In this document: positions 1-12,900 of the stretch, one piece after another
Position numbering within the stretch: the stretch's first letter is position 1
How the letters are laid out: every line of letters starts with the position of its first letter
The notes under the pieces: model-generated
Databases searched by the model: none
What the model was told of the DNA's origin: nothing
What the model saw: only the letters and a program-made list of their open reading frames with translations
Assembly: GCA_965235115.1 (NCBI GenBank)
Contig: OZ249441.1
Span: 7,130,001 to 7,194,000 of the forward strand
DNA length: 64,000 nucleotides
Direction: 5' to 3'
DNA from: Laetmonice hystrix
Lineage: Eukaryota
Position numbers and translations under genes: made by a program

Positions 1-230
1 ACTCCCAACGTCAATGGCTGCTCAAATTCTCAATGGCCGTACTCCCAACGTCAATGGCTGCTCAAATTCTCAATGGTCATACTCCCAACGTCAATGGCTG
101 CTCAAATTCTCAATGGCCGTACTCCCAACGGCAATGGCTGCTCAAATTCTCAATGGCCGTACTCCCAACGTCAATGGCTGCTCAAATTCTCAATGGCCGT
201 ACTCCCAACGGCAATGGCTGCTCAAATTCC
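1..230. repeat. 40-bp minisatellite, about 6 copies, truncated by window edge
   Basis: Unit actcccaacgtcaatggctgctcaaattctcaatggccgt. Confidence 0.95.
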
Positions 231-881
231 CAAAGACCAATTGAGAATTTCGTAAAAATATCGTTAAATCAAGCCCTAAATCCCCTGTTCCCTCCTGACT
301 TAGTAGCTCATGACTTACTGACTTAGTATCTCCAGGAGTCGGGGCGTTAAATCATGAAATCCTCCCCCCCCCTCATCGTGTGATATCGTCTCGGCTCAGA
401 CAGTCTGATAGACGCCACCATATCCCTCCCAGCGTCCGGCTTAAACAGCCTGGCGCCTTGCTTCCTCATATCAGAGTAGGTAATTGGTCTATTCTAGAAT
501 CAAAACATGGATCTGGGAGGGTTTCAGAGCAGGAGGTAATGTGAGCGGTGTTTGTAAATGGACAGGTGCGGGCCGTGTGGTCTATTCATACTCTCAGAGA
601 TGATACGCTTTTTTTTATTCACGCATCGGTGCATGAGCAAAAACTTGAGTATGGTGTTGGGAGGCATTCTCTATCAACAAACCTCTTCAGCTGCTCCGTG
701 ATGTATTCCTTGTAGTAGTAACTCTCCTGTTTGGGGGTTGAACTGAAGAAGTTGGCATGATTATCAAAAGCTTAGATTGTAAATGGGTTTCTGCACTGTA
801 TTTTGTCATGCCATGCGTGACGCACGAGTTCCATGGAAGAAACAGGCAATGATACTTTATTAAGAGGTGATTGTTTTTCAG

Positions 882-3800
882 CGGTTCAGTTTGAAGTGTG
901 CATACAAAACCGTTACAAACTTAACAAGAAATATCGGAAAGTCCTGCCCAGTAATGTCGAAGATGTACAGGACAATTCACCCGAGGGGAAGACGCTCACG
1001 CAGCAGGCCCGGGTATGTTCTCCGGTCTCTATGTATACTGAGTCCTTTTACTACAGATCTTATCGTAAAATAAAGATGAAATGTCCAAATGTTTTTGTAA
1101 ACATATAGAATAATAGTGTTATTATACCGAGTTACCCCATACCGCCTGTAATTTATATAGAATATATGGTGAGTCAACCAAGAAACCTACTGTTTATATT
1201 GTAGTCATGTTTACAACAGTCATAAAAGTACAACTACAAACGTACAATACGTCTTTGATGTGTAAGGGTAGGAGCAGATGGATCACATCTATTGTTTTCT
1301 ACATGATGATATATTGGCGTTCTGAGTACAGATGGCAGCAGATGCTGAACACGACGACAATGTGGCTGAACAACGTCGACAACACGGTAAACGGGTCCGC
1401 TATGGAGAGGTCATCCAGGTACAGTATATATACCCACCACATATTCTAACAACATATACCCACCACATATTCTAACAACATATACCCACCACATATTCTA
1501 ACGACTCGGTAAACGGGTCCGTTATGGAGAGGTCATCCAGGTATATATACCAGCCCATATTCTAACAACATATACCCACCACGTATTCTAACAACTCGGT
1601 AAACGGGTCCGTTATGGAGAGGTCATCCAGGTATACCCACCACATATTCTAACAACACGGTAAACGGGTCCGCTATGGAGAGGTCATCCAGGTACAATGT
1701 ATATATACCCACCCTATATTCTAACAACTCGGACATCTACAGGACTTCTTTCGTAGACGCCTAGATGTCGGTTTCAACTATAAACTGTTTTGCTTCCAAA
1801 TGACTTCATAGATGTATAATTTAACACCTATTTTTTCCTCATATACTGGAAAAAGGGCCCCTCCTTATTACATTCTATAACTTTCATCAGGTTTTTTTTT
1901 TTTTTGGGGGGGGGGGTCTTCTTCAACGAAAAAGAAATATAGGAGGAGAGAAAAGGAGAACATAAAGGAAAAGGACAAAGCTCTGAAAATCAGGATGTAG
2001 TTTGTATTTCCCTCATGTTATTAGCAACTAGTCCGACTTCAATTTTATAACTCGCGATAAAAGCTAACAGTAGGAGTATTACTGTTTGTCGGGCTGGACC
2101 TGTCGGAATCGGGGCATAGTATGTGGCTGAGTCCGCCCCGATCTCCTACCATTGCACCCGGTGACGGCGTCAGGCCGGACCGGTCGGAGTCGGGAGTATG
2201 TGGCTGAGCCCGCCCCAATCTTCTACAGCCCACCATTGCACCCGGTGACGGCGTGGAACCTGTTGAGTTTTCTATATTTTCGGCAGGTTAAGGTTTGGTC
2301 ACAACATAGCCTGAGGGTGTGTGTAATGTTGGCGTTCATACAACCACTATGTTCTTTTTCTTCCACAGCTCAGACACGTGTTTACCGCCAAGTACATCCA
2401 CGTCAGCACCACACAGACGAGTCGTCGTGATAAGAACAACATGCTTGTAAGTACTCGCTTAACGAGGTCCTCTCTCCCTTCAACTCACAAAGTCTCCCTC
2501 ATTGTACATAGAGCTCCCGTACATGGTATCTGTATCATTAGATCGGTTCATGTATATATTCTCTATGAGTATGTGTTCCCTTGCCTCCTGATAATCATTG
2601 TACATAGAGCTCCCGTACATTGTATCTGTATCAATAGATCGGTTCATGTATATATTCTAAATGAGTATGTGTTCCCTTGCCTCCTGATAATCATTGTACA
2701 TAGAGCTCCCGTACATTGTATCTGTATCATTAGATCGGTTCATGTATATATTCTCTATGAGTATGTGTTCCCTTGCTCCCCAAACTCGACCAACGTAAGA
2801 AGGAAGGCGATCTACAGACTTATACATGAGTTTGAAAAGAACATTATGTCAACATATGCACGAAATTTAAATCTAAAAAAAGTTGTCCCTCTGTGTTAAC
2901 CTGAGTGAATACAGTTGTATAATCTTGATGGAAATCGGACGTTTATTACAGGTCAGTCTATTGGACTACAATGCGAAACATGGACAGTTCAAATTACTAC
3001 CACGGTATAAAGTGAAATCCGAGGGAGAATTCGTAAGTAGAAATTATTGTCATTAAGAGATTTCTCAGCCAAGGTTGGGGGCATGTATTCAAGGTGTGGC
3101 CGTAGATAATGGAAATGATCATATAAAAAAGTATATCTACACATTCTGCTCGTAAATATTGTAAGTGGAAAGAGTTTTGATGGACACATATACATAGGGA
3201 ATTCAGAAAGCAAAGTCCATATTTATGATCTATGCGTATTCTATCTGGCAGTGCCATTCAGGAGGTGCCATACGGTGGTCCGTGTGTAAGCAATCTGTCG
3301 GTGTCGTGCCGTATTCATGCCCCAAACATCTCGTTCCACACTTCCCCGCAGTGAAGGACACTCATCCCGTTACGTGTTTATGTTTGACTTATATGTGTAA
3401 ATGGTAGGCCTACTGCCAGTACCTTTAGGTAGGCTACGTATGGCTGTAATGTTTTACGACTCCGCCAGGTACAAATCTACGACCAAATCATTCTGGAGAG
3501 CGTCAAGTCTCCTGGCCAATACCTGCACGCTAGCGCCGCATGGAAGATAGACCACTTCAACATCGGGCAAGTGTTTCTATCACCGCACTTCGGACCGGTT
3601 TTCAAGTTCCTGATTGTCTTTAGTGGATTCATTTTATTCTTCTGAAAGTGAACCAGCCCTCCGCCACTGTGATGTTTAGCAAGTCCTTTATCCGAGCTGA
3701 GAACGGAAGTTTTTCAGTGAAGGAACATCTGTAAAATTTGTTCAAAGTAGGCCTTTTTTCGATGTTAACCTCAAAATTTCTTTTTGCCGTATATTCTCTG

Positions 3801-3999
3801 ATTGGTGATCAGAGCGGGTGATGTTATGGTCGCTATGAGGTGTATTGTGACATGTTTCTGTAGTCTGAGCATCAAACGATTGACTGCCCTCTGTTCTCTT
3901 AACGTGCCCAGGTCGGAGTTGAATTTGGGCATCCAGCCAGCTGGATTCACTGTCGTCAAAAACTGTCGCCCTACCGAGGATCACAAGCTACTCGTGAAG
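882..3999 (+). CDS. ITPR-like exons 1-6: N-terminal suppressor beta-trefoil
   Basis: Exons 882-1012, 1332-1418, 2369-2446, 2952-3032, 3469-3566, 3912-3999 translate to VQFEVCIQNRYKLNKKY...MAADAEHDDNVAEQRRQHGKRVRYGEVIQ|LRHVFTAKYIHVS...|VSLLDYNAKHGQFKLLPRYKVKSEGEF|VQIYDQIILESVKSPGQYLHAS, matching the IP3R N-terminal pattern. Confidence 0.9.
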
Positions 4000-6900
4000 G
4001 TAGGTCGGCCTGCTGTCCCATCCCCCTGTCCCGGCCTCCTGTCCTGGCCCCCTGTCCCGGCCCCCTGTCCTAGCCCCCTGTCCTGGCCCTGTCCAAGGCC
4101 CCCCTGGACCCCCCAGCCCCCCGGGCCCTCCCGGCCCCCCCGTCCTGCGGTGCCCGGTTCCGCCCGGCTCGTCCCGGTCGAGTTCGTCTGGCAGCGCCTG
4201 CCAATCAAGGGCAATAACTGGTCGCAATGGAGCGGACGGTAAAGTTAAAACGGTTAAACAACTGTAAAAAGTCACCCATGTCTGTGTTGGAATGTACCCA
4301 GCAATGATACTGGCGCCTGGACTGTGGGGCCTGTGGCACAGTCAGATTGTATACTGGGTGTATACTGGGTGTATGGGACAGTCAGATTGTATACTGGGTG
4401 TATGGGACAGTCAGATTGTATACTGGGTGTATGGGACAGTCAGATTGTATACTGGGTGTATGGGACAGTCAGATTGTATACTGGGTGTATGGGACAGTCA
4501 GATTGTATACTGGGTGTATGGGACAGTCAGATTGTATACTGGGTGTATGGGACAGTCAGATTGTATACTGGGTGTATGGGACAGTCAGATTGTATACTGG
4601 GTGTATGGGACAGTCAGATTGTATACTGGGTGTATGGGACAGTCAGATTGTATACTGGGTGTATGGGACAGTCAGATTGTATACTGGGACAGGGTGTATG
4701 GGACAGTCAGATTGTATACTGGGTGTATGGGACAGTCAGATTATATACTGGGACAGGGTGTATGGGACAGTCAGATTGTATACTGGGTGTATGGGACGGG
4801 CGGACACCTATACACACAGTCCTTCCCGATTTATTTTCCTTATAGGCGAGGCCCATCAGTACGCCGTTAGGCAAAGTCTGGGGTTCTCCCTCTATTTCTG
4901 TGTCTACAGCTGGCCATGTTTCCCAATATGCTATGACCTTGTTTGCAGTTTAGATGAATTTATCTGGGCCTACAGGCTATGAGTGAACTTAGAGATATTA
5001 AAGTATCTTGTAAATTATCGTAAACAGTGTAGGAGGTTATGAAGCAGGCCCGTTGACAGTGACTTGGTTTATGTCGGGCAGGGCGGCAGCGTTATACGAC
5101 TGTTCCACAAAGAGTTGGAGGCATACCTGGTGGCTGAAGGATTGTTTGACGATGAGATCACTGAGGATGGTAAGTCAGACCCAACCTGTCGGGCTCTGTC
5201 TCCCTGGCTCTCTCTGTCTCCCTGGCTCTCTCTGTCTCCCTGNNNNNNNNNNNNNNNNNNNNNNNNNNNNNNNNNNNNNNNNNNNNNNNNNNNNNNNNNN
5301 NNNNNNNNNNNNNNNNNNNNNNNNNNNNNNNNNNNNNNNNNNNNNNNNNNNNNNNNNNNNNNNNNNNNNNNNNNNNNNNNNNNNNNNNNNNNNNNNNNNN
5401 NNNNNNNNNNNNNNNNNNNNNNNNNNNNNNNNNNNNNNNNNNNNNNNNNNNNNNNNNNNNNNNNNNNNNNNNNNNNNNNNNNNNNNNNNNNNNNNNAACC
5501 CCGCTCTTACAGCACATTATCTTATCCCGATCCTGTAGTACAGTTGCTTGCCCCGATCTTGTAGTACAGTTGCTTACCCCGATCTTGTAGTAAAGTTACT
5601 TACCCCGATCTTGTAGTACAGTTGCTTACCCCGATCTTGTAGTATAGTTGCTTACCCCGATCTTGTAGTACAGTTGCTTACCCCGATCTTGTAGTACAGT
5701 TGCTTACCCCGATCTTGTAGTACAGTTGCTTGTCCCGATCTTGTAGTAACTTGCCCCGATCTTGTAGTACAGTTGCTTACCCCGATCTTGTAGTACAGTT
5801 ACTTGCCCCGATCTTGTAGTAAAGTTACTTACCGTCATGTTGCAGTACATTTACGGATTCGTGAAGTAGATCAATTGATACCCAAGTCCCTGTACCCGTC
5901 GACATCCGCCAACACATACTGGCAGATTGAGGCGGAGAGCAGCGTCCTCAACGGTAAGCACCAACTCATCCCCATGGTAACGCTTCCCACGGGGTGATGG
6001 GGTGAGGGTTAGGGACAGCAATAGTCATCTGGGGGTGTCTGGTATCTTGGCAGGGAATCTACCCAGCAAATCTGCTTCAATACACGCCGGTACACTTCAT
6101 ACGGTAGTCGTTAGATCGTGTTGGTTAGGAGTTGGTATATCTGATATTGTTCCAGGTGACATTATACGATGGGAACAACAGGTCCGGTTCCGTCACATCA
6201 CCACCCGCCAGTACCTGTGTATTACGTCCGACCGTAGGGTCACCTTGACCCCTGACCCCAAGGATCCCAGAACTGTATTCCGGTTACATCCCGTAATCAA
6301 GGTAAGTCGTCACGCCGATTAGTAACTCGGTAAATGTGATGAGGGATGGTGAGGACTGAAACGTTTTAGACTGTTTTACTGTAGGAGAATTGCTTGGATT
6401 TTGTGTTTGTTTTCTTTAGAAGTGCGTGTTGGCGTTGAACACGTAGGCTAATGTAGACCGTAATAACGTATGAGGGTTGCAGTGTTCTCTCGTTCTGTTT
6501 AATGTCAAGTTGATAATACTTACTAAATGCGTTCTTTGAATTTAATAAATACTTATGTTTTACATACAGGTAATAATATGGGTTGATAGATGAAGTAGTG
6601 TTTATTAGAAGGATAACTGGTTTGGTGTCTACTATTTACTAGTAGACAGTTTAATATCTCCCTCTGCTTTCTATGTGTCTCCTAGAAACAAACAGAACCC
6701 CATGTGTAAGTCGTTTCCAAGCAAACTTCTGCTAACCGGTTAATTTCAAATCCAACTGCAACGATTCATTTTGTAATGTCCGACTGCAAGGATGTAACGT
6801 TACCGGTTAAAATTAACTAGCCCACTTAAGTGTCGGAAACGGGAATTAATAATAATAAGAACAAATTTGATCTTCGAGTAAAACCGAGGTCGGGATTTTT

Positions 6901-9900
6901 CCCCCAAAGAAGGAGATATTATTCTTTCCTTGATACACATTTTATTAGTGTTACACTATAGTATTTACTTTATGTTGCAGTTACTTATTGCTTTAACGTT
7001 AGTATCGGTTAGGATATCAAACACCATCCCTGTAGTTGTTATAATGTTCTCTCTTCTGTTAATCCTCAATTCGATTATCGCAAGACGTCCCTACGCTTTG
7101 TAACAGTGTCACTTCCTCTTTATCCCGCGAGGTGGCGCTCCGACAGACACCGGAGTGGGGCGTCTGCTTGTGTCGTGAGGCGTAAAAGTTTTGTTAAGTC
7201 TTTTTGTTGTAGTTTTTGATTGGTTACTTTCTTATAGGGCCATTGGAAGGGAAAATACAAGCGCATATTTGTGCCCAATCCGGTAGGTTAACGTGTACTG
7301 ATGTAGAACCTAACATCAAGTATACGGAACCGTCTCTGAACTAAAGTAGTCAAGAAACTAACAAACTGTCAACTGTCCTTTGTAACCCACACAATTTCTT
7401 CCAATGGTAAGTGGAAATATTTTCACCCAGGCCGGGAAATGTTACAGTTTCTAGGTTATACAACACTTCGCTTCAGACTTAGGTGAAAATCTTTCCTACG
7501 GATTTTAAGTTGCATTTAATTAAAAGATGTTACTTTTTGCTTCCGAGAACGTTTACATGTGAATTATTCACAAACCAGCACGAAGGTAACGAAATCCTAC
7601 AAACCACAAGTATTTAAGTTGATTTTGTTAAGTCTATTTAAGCCTTGTATGACTGTGACATGAAGCAGGAAACAGACTGGGTACGACCTTGTATGGGCAG
7701 AAGTCGACTCCAGTCTGTTTTCACGGGTATATACGAACGATCCAGCCTGGACCGTCTGTGACTGGGTGCCTGCTGCCATGATTATCTCTCGGGGAGAGTG
7801 GCTGTGGCCACGATCACTTGGCGGGGAGAGTGGCTCGTCTGTCCACGGCCAGTCCTCCCGTAGAAACTCCATATCGACGAGTCGGTCGATGCAATACGCA
7901 TGGTAGTCTGAATGGCTTGAAACTGTATCAGAGTTGGTACTACATACTGAGGGACGGTTGTGAATTAATGCTTGACGCTTGACTTAGACAGGTTGTAACT
8001 ATGATAACAAGTATGATAGCATTGGGCTTATGCTTGAAGACAGGAGGTTTTTATTACAGTAATGATTCCCCGCTGATGCTTATATAGATCGGGTCGTCAG
8101 AACTTGGACAATCGATAGAATGAGTCCAGTGTCCGACGTGAGACATGTCGCTTGCTCATAGACTGTGGTGTCCGTCTATGATCGGTAGACAACGTACAGG
8201 GATCGACAAGCAAGGCGACTTCAGTCTCATTGATTGTGGCACTCACAAGGCTACTGATGCTTAACAAATATCTGGTCGCTTTTAGTCGTTGGGCAAGGAA
8301 TGAACACTGGAATGGGGTTACTGTCATATTTGTGCATATCTAGTATGTCTCAAATACAGCAAGCAAGCAAGCAAGCAAGCAAGCGAGCAACACGCCTATT
8401 GCCACGGCTATGTTCATAGCGGTACACTTCGTGAAACAATGCATGCAAAATACACACGATTGCATCGAAGATTCTTGGTCTATGTGACGTGCATTAAAAT
8501 GCACGTGCTTCCAAGCAAGGCGATGTGTGAGGTTTCCAAACGCACGTCGTTATCGAAACAACACTTGTAGATTACTGCCACGTCTTCACTGCCTTCTCGC
8601 ACTACGAAATCCCGCTACACAAATCGTTACTATGCATTTTTAGACTCGTGTAGAAAAGGCGGTTGCGGGGAAAACAGCATGCATCTAAATTGCTAGTTTT
8701 GTTTGTATCTAAAAAGATATCGCTGACGTAGGAAAATCGCCTGAAATATATGGCGTAGAGTAATTTTTGAAAATAGATCCACATTTCTTCCGATGAGAAC
8801 TTTGATTTTAGTGGGCAATTGATATTTTGTTCAATTTTTTTAAGTGAAGTTAACTGAAAAGTCAGTGTTGATATAGTTTTCGCCTCCGACGAAGGAATGG
8901 ATCCTGAATGATGTAATGTCTGTTTGTGTCTGTAACCCTCCCCCCAACCCTCCGACCCCCTACCCCGAGCAGTTGTAACCCTTGTCGCCTACCACCCTGC
9001 CCGACTAATGCCCGTTGGCCGGCCGACCGTTAGCACACCCCCGACCTGCTTCCAGTAGAGTTTAGGTAGTGATCGCGCATTGATACATCTACGAGACAAC
9101 CAATCAGAATTGATGTACCTATGTGCTGCGGGCCGCCCTTATCCTGCCAACCCTTGTAAGGGGCACCCTTTCATTTCAATGGCGCTTGTGCCCCAGTCTT
9201 CTAAAGCCTAACACATATTTCCCATCTGTCCTTTTTACAGCCAGGCGAAGCCAACTTCGTAAGAAAAAGCGTTTCGTAGTGTCTGGCATGATCGCTCTAC
9301 CGGAACGGCCAGTTCTGTGAACTGGGTTCGTTCAACGCCCCTGCTCTGCTTCGTTATGCATGATCTGGTGGCGTTGCCAGCTTTTGCAGTGCCCCTTCTC
9401 TTTTGACCCCCTTGAGGCGAGCGGCCGCCATTTTTGGTTTATTCTGACGTCACCCTAGATATTTGTGAACGTAAATATGGTTATTCCTTTTTTAAAGCAG
9501 AGGCTTTTTGGTATAAGAAGATTTTGCTTGTCTTTTGTCGGTATCGTTTTGAGTATTGAACGTTTTGAGCTTTTTTGATATTGATGATTGTATATGCGAC
9601 CACCAGGGGGTGTGCCGCTGTATGGTCTGCATGTCCAGCAAGTGGCGGGCCGCTGTGTGGTCTGCATGTCACCGGGTCCCGTTATGAATGCGATCTTTAC
9701 CGTCGGTTTGATCAGTGTGTCTCTATTGACCGTGAGCGCACGATGTGTGATTTTTACCAGTATACGTACCGCACACACCCTCCCTCCTATCTATAGACCA
9801 GTCTATGACAGAGTTCGTAAACTATCTGCCCAATATCGACCGCTCATTTACACTGACGGACGATACGAAGTGAATTTTGTAAGCACTTCTATAGAGAGTC

Positions 9901-12900
9901 ATTGTGAAGTGTTGCACTGTTGTAGTTGACCGTGGTCCCAAGTAATTGGTCAAGTTATGATGTTAGAATTTTCCAAATACTTATAATTTTTGCAAGCGTT
10001 CCATCTGCATAAAGCTGGCTGTCCAATATGGCGTAAGTCTCCAGGCAAGGCAGCACATTATATTTACTATATTTGGAAATGTAATGATGTAGAGGCTGTT
10101 GCGAATGACTTAATGCAATTTTTTAATCACAGCTCTGATGTATCAAAGGGCATGCGATATGCCTGAGGGGCTTGTATGAACCCTTTTCATTGATTCCATC
10201 CCTTCGGTTTCTCCGTTCTTAATTCCAAATCACTCTCACAATTCGGTTTTCTCAACTCCTTGTGAGGAATGAAAATTCTCAGGGCCGCAGCCAATGCCAC
10301 ATGATTGTATCCCGGCATGATTTAAGGCGACAGTCACGCATGCGCACCTTGTCCAGCTGCTCACCTTGGCCTCATCTTGAGTTTAATTTGATATAGCCTG
10401 TATTACTATTTCACCTCGATAGTCCCGCCGGTCGATGTCACACCACTAAAACTAGGACGTTCCTCATTTGTTTGACTTACCCACAGGAAGCGGATGAGAT
10501 TCAGTTCGAGAGCTACGCGAGAATTGAACATGTGATTACAGGATTCTGGCTGCATGCCATGAGAGGTAAGGATTAAAATAAAATAGTGGATCCATGATCT
10601 CGCTTTCGTGGGGGTTGGGGTGGGGGGTGGGGGGGGGCGGTCAAGCATATTTCATCAGAGAGAGATAGAGGGTGAATTGAGGGCGAGGTCAGGCCCTGTC
10701 ATGTTTCCGCCCAATCCCAAGCCTATAGGGAGCGATGCCAGATAGCGGTGGTGGACGCCAGGCTACACGTCACGTGACACAACATACGTCATGTTTCAGA
10801 CCAGGAATACGTCAGGAGACAGCTCCGCGAAGCACAGGAAGTAAGCGGTGATTCGATGAAGTCGCTGCGCTGGGACGGCGCGACATTGCGAACGGTACGT
10901 CAGTTTGAGTCACCTTGTGGTGAATACTTCACAAGTCGCTGTCCTCGAGTCTACTCCCGTCATCCAAAGTCTTAACCGTGCCATATAAACAACATTTGGC
11001 CTTAATCTAAAGGCTCTGCAGTCATTTGTACATGTTGACTGTGCCAATTGTTACTGCCCATGAAATCATGAAACCCACAACCCCCTCATATTTCCCCCAC
11101 CAACAGATCACAGCCAGCGGAGAGAAGATGTACCACGACGCGTACACGATCCAGGCGGTGGAGGCGGCCCACATGAGGACGTGTAATTTTGTAGGTGGAA
11201 TGGTGCCTTTCCTGCTCAACCTTATCCTTGATGTAAGTATACAATATACAATAACTAATATATTTTAACAAAATATACAGCTCTGATGTAGGGGCCCCAG
11301 AAGGTCACATGCTTAATTGAAATGCTCCCTCAGCCGCCCCACGGAGCTAAACAATGCAATGATGTTGTCTGGTATATAACCACAGATGAACGATCTGGCA
11401 TATAACCACCACTGGCGACATTATAATTGATAATTGCGTCAGTAGTCCAGTACAGTGGGATGGAATAATAAGCTCTGCATGTTTGAAGAGATACAGGTAG
11501 AGTGTGTGATTTTTTTTTCAGCGGAAAGAAGGAAAAATCCTGAACGCCAAGAAAACGCACAAGATCACTGTGGTAAGTCAAATACGCCTGTGCCTTTATT
11601 TCTATTCATGGTAACCTTTTTGAAACTGAGAGAAAACGTCCAAATGTTTTATGTAAACGAGTATTCACATCATAGAAGGCCGCAGATAATTATTAGCTGT
11701 CACTCAATCCACTGTCTGTGTCTGAGATCAAACCTAAGTTTCCCATCTACCCGCACCCAATCATGCCTCCCATCTACCCGCACCCAATCATGCCTCCCAT
11801 CTACCCGCACCCAATCATGCCTCCCATCTACCCGCACCCAATCATGCCTCCCATCTACCCGCACCCAATCATGCCTCCCATCTACCCGCACCCAATCATG
11901 CCTCCCATCTACCCGCACCCAATCATGCCTCCCATCTACCCGCACCCAGTCATGCCTCCTATCTACCCGCACCCAATCACTGCTGTTCGCAGTGTTTTTA
12001 CTAGGCCTTGTTTTTGATGAATTCCCACTGGTTGTGACTTCAGGCTTTAGAGGAATTGAAACTCTTCATGATCATCAAAGGCCTCGCAACCAAGGAGCGC
12101 CAAAAACTGATGAGGAACCTCAGGGTAGGAACAAGCAACATTGATATTGTCCGAGGGATTCCAATGGCGTTGAAATTATTGCATGTATAATTCATGTTGC
12201 TAAATGATATATCAATGCTTTAACCCTTAAACGGGATTTTTTTTATTTGCCCAATCACAATGAACTGTAGATGTTCTAGTTTTGTATGTGCGTATTTTTC
12301 AGGTCATCGATTTGCTTGTACGCCTGCTTCAATTTCCACTAGATGGCGCTATTGACCAATCTCACCTGACGAAGGTCTTTAAAGGGGCGTATGACGTCCT
12401 CTACACCTACATGATAGGAAACTCAAGAAAAAATGCCCTGTACTTCGCCAAGTACATAGACTTCTTCCAAACACAAATAAGTGTCAAGGTAAGCACTACG
12501 AGACTCCTTGGCAGTTTTTTTTCAATTGATCTTACATTTCACAGCTTTCGATCGCTTTCATATCCCTCTATGATGGTAACGTTGTGATGGTTGGGTATTT
12601 GTAGGGCGACATCGGGCTGAATGTGGCCCAGATGATTGTAGAACTTATCAGGGACAACAGGAAAATTGTTGACCGAATTACTCAGGAGCAAATTGAAATG
12701 TTCGTTGGGCTGCTTCGACAGAACAAGGTATGTTTATTTCTTCACCATACAACATTACATTGAATACTCGAGGTAGAAAGACTTGCCAACCTTAGTGCCA
12801 ACCTTAATAATATGTGACGCCTTCAACAGTCTAGGAATCCAGTAGAATGCCTCAAGTGAGGCATGCCTTCTGTCTAGAAAACGTGTCTGAATACTTGACA

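Noticed and set aside
1-881. Start codon or first coding exon (including the ORF-track start at 833)
   Set aside because: 833-881 is intronic (acceptor at 881). No exon matching the expected roughly 50-aa IP3R N-terminus was found, so it lies upstream of the window.
3981-4275. Collagen-like or Gly-rich minus-strand ORFs (GPGGPGGLGGPGG)
   Set aside because: Antisense reading of a ccctgtcc low-complexity tract just after donor 4000; no Gly-X-Y periodicity of meaningful length.
5158-5564. ORFs spanning the N run
   Set aside because: Artefacts of the assembly gap; exon phases on either side (5169 and 5846) already join, so no exon need be hidden there.
7597-7872. GC-rich patch with a 91-aa minus-strand ORF in the 4.2-kb intron
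   Set aside because: No motif or convincing splice boundaries.
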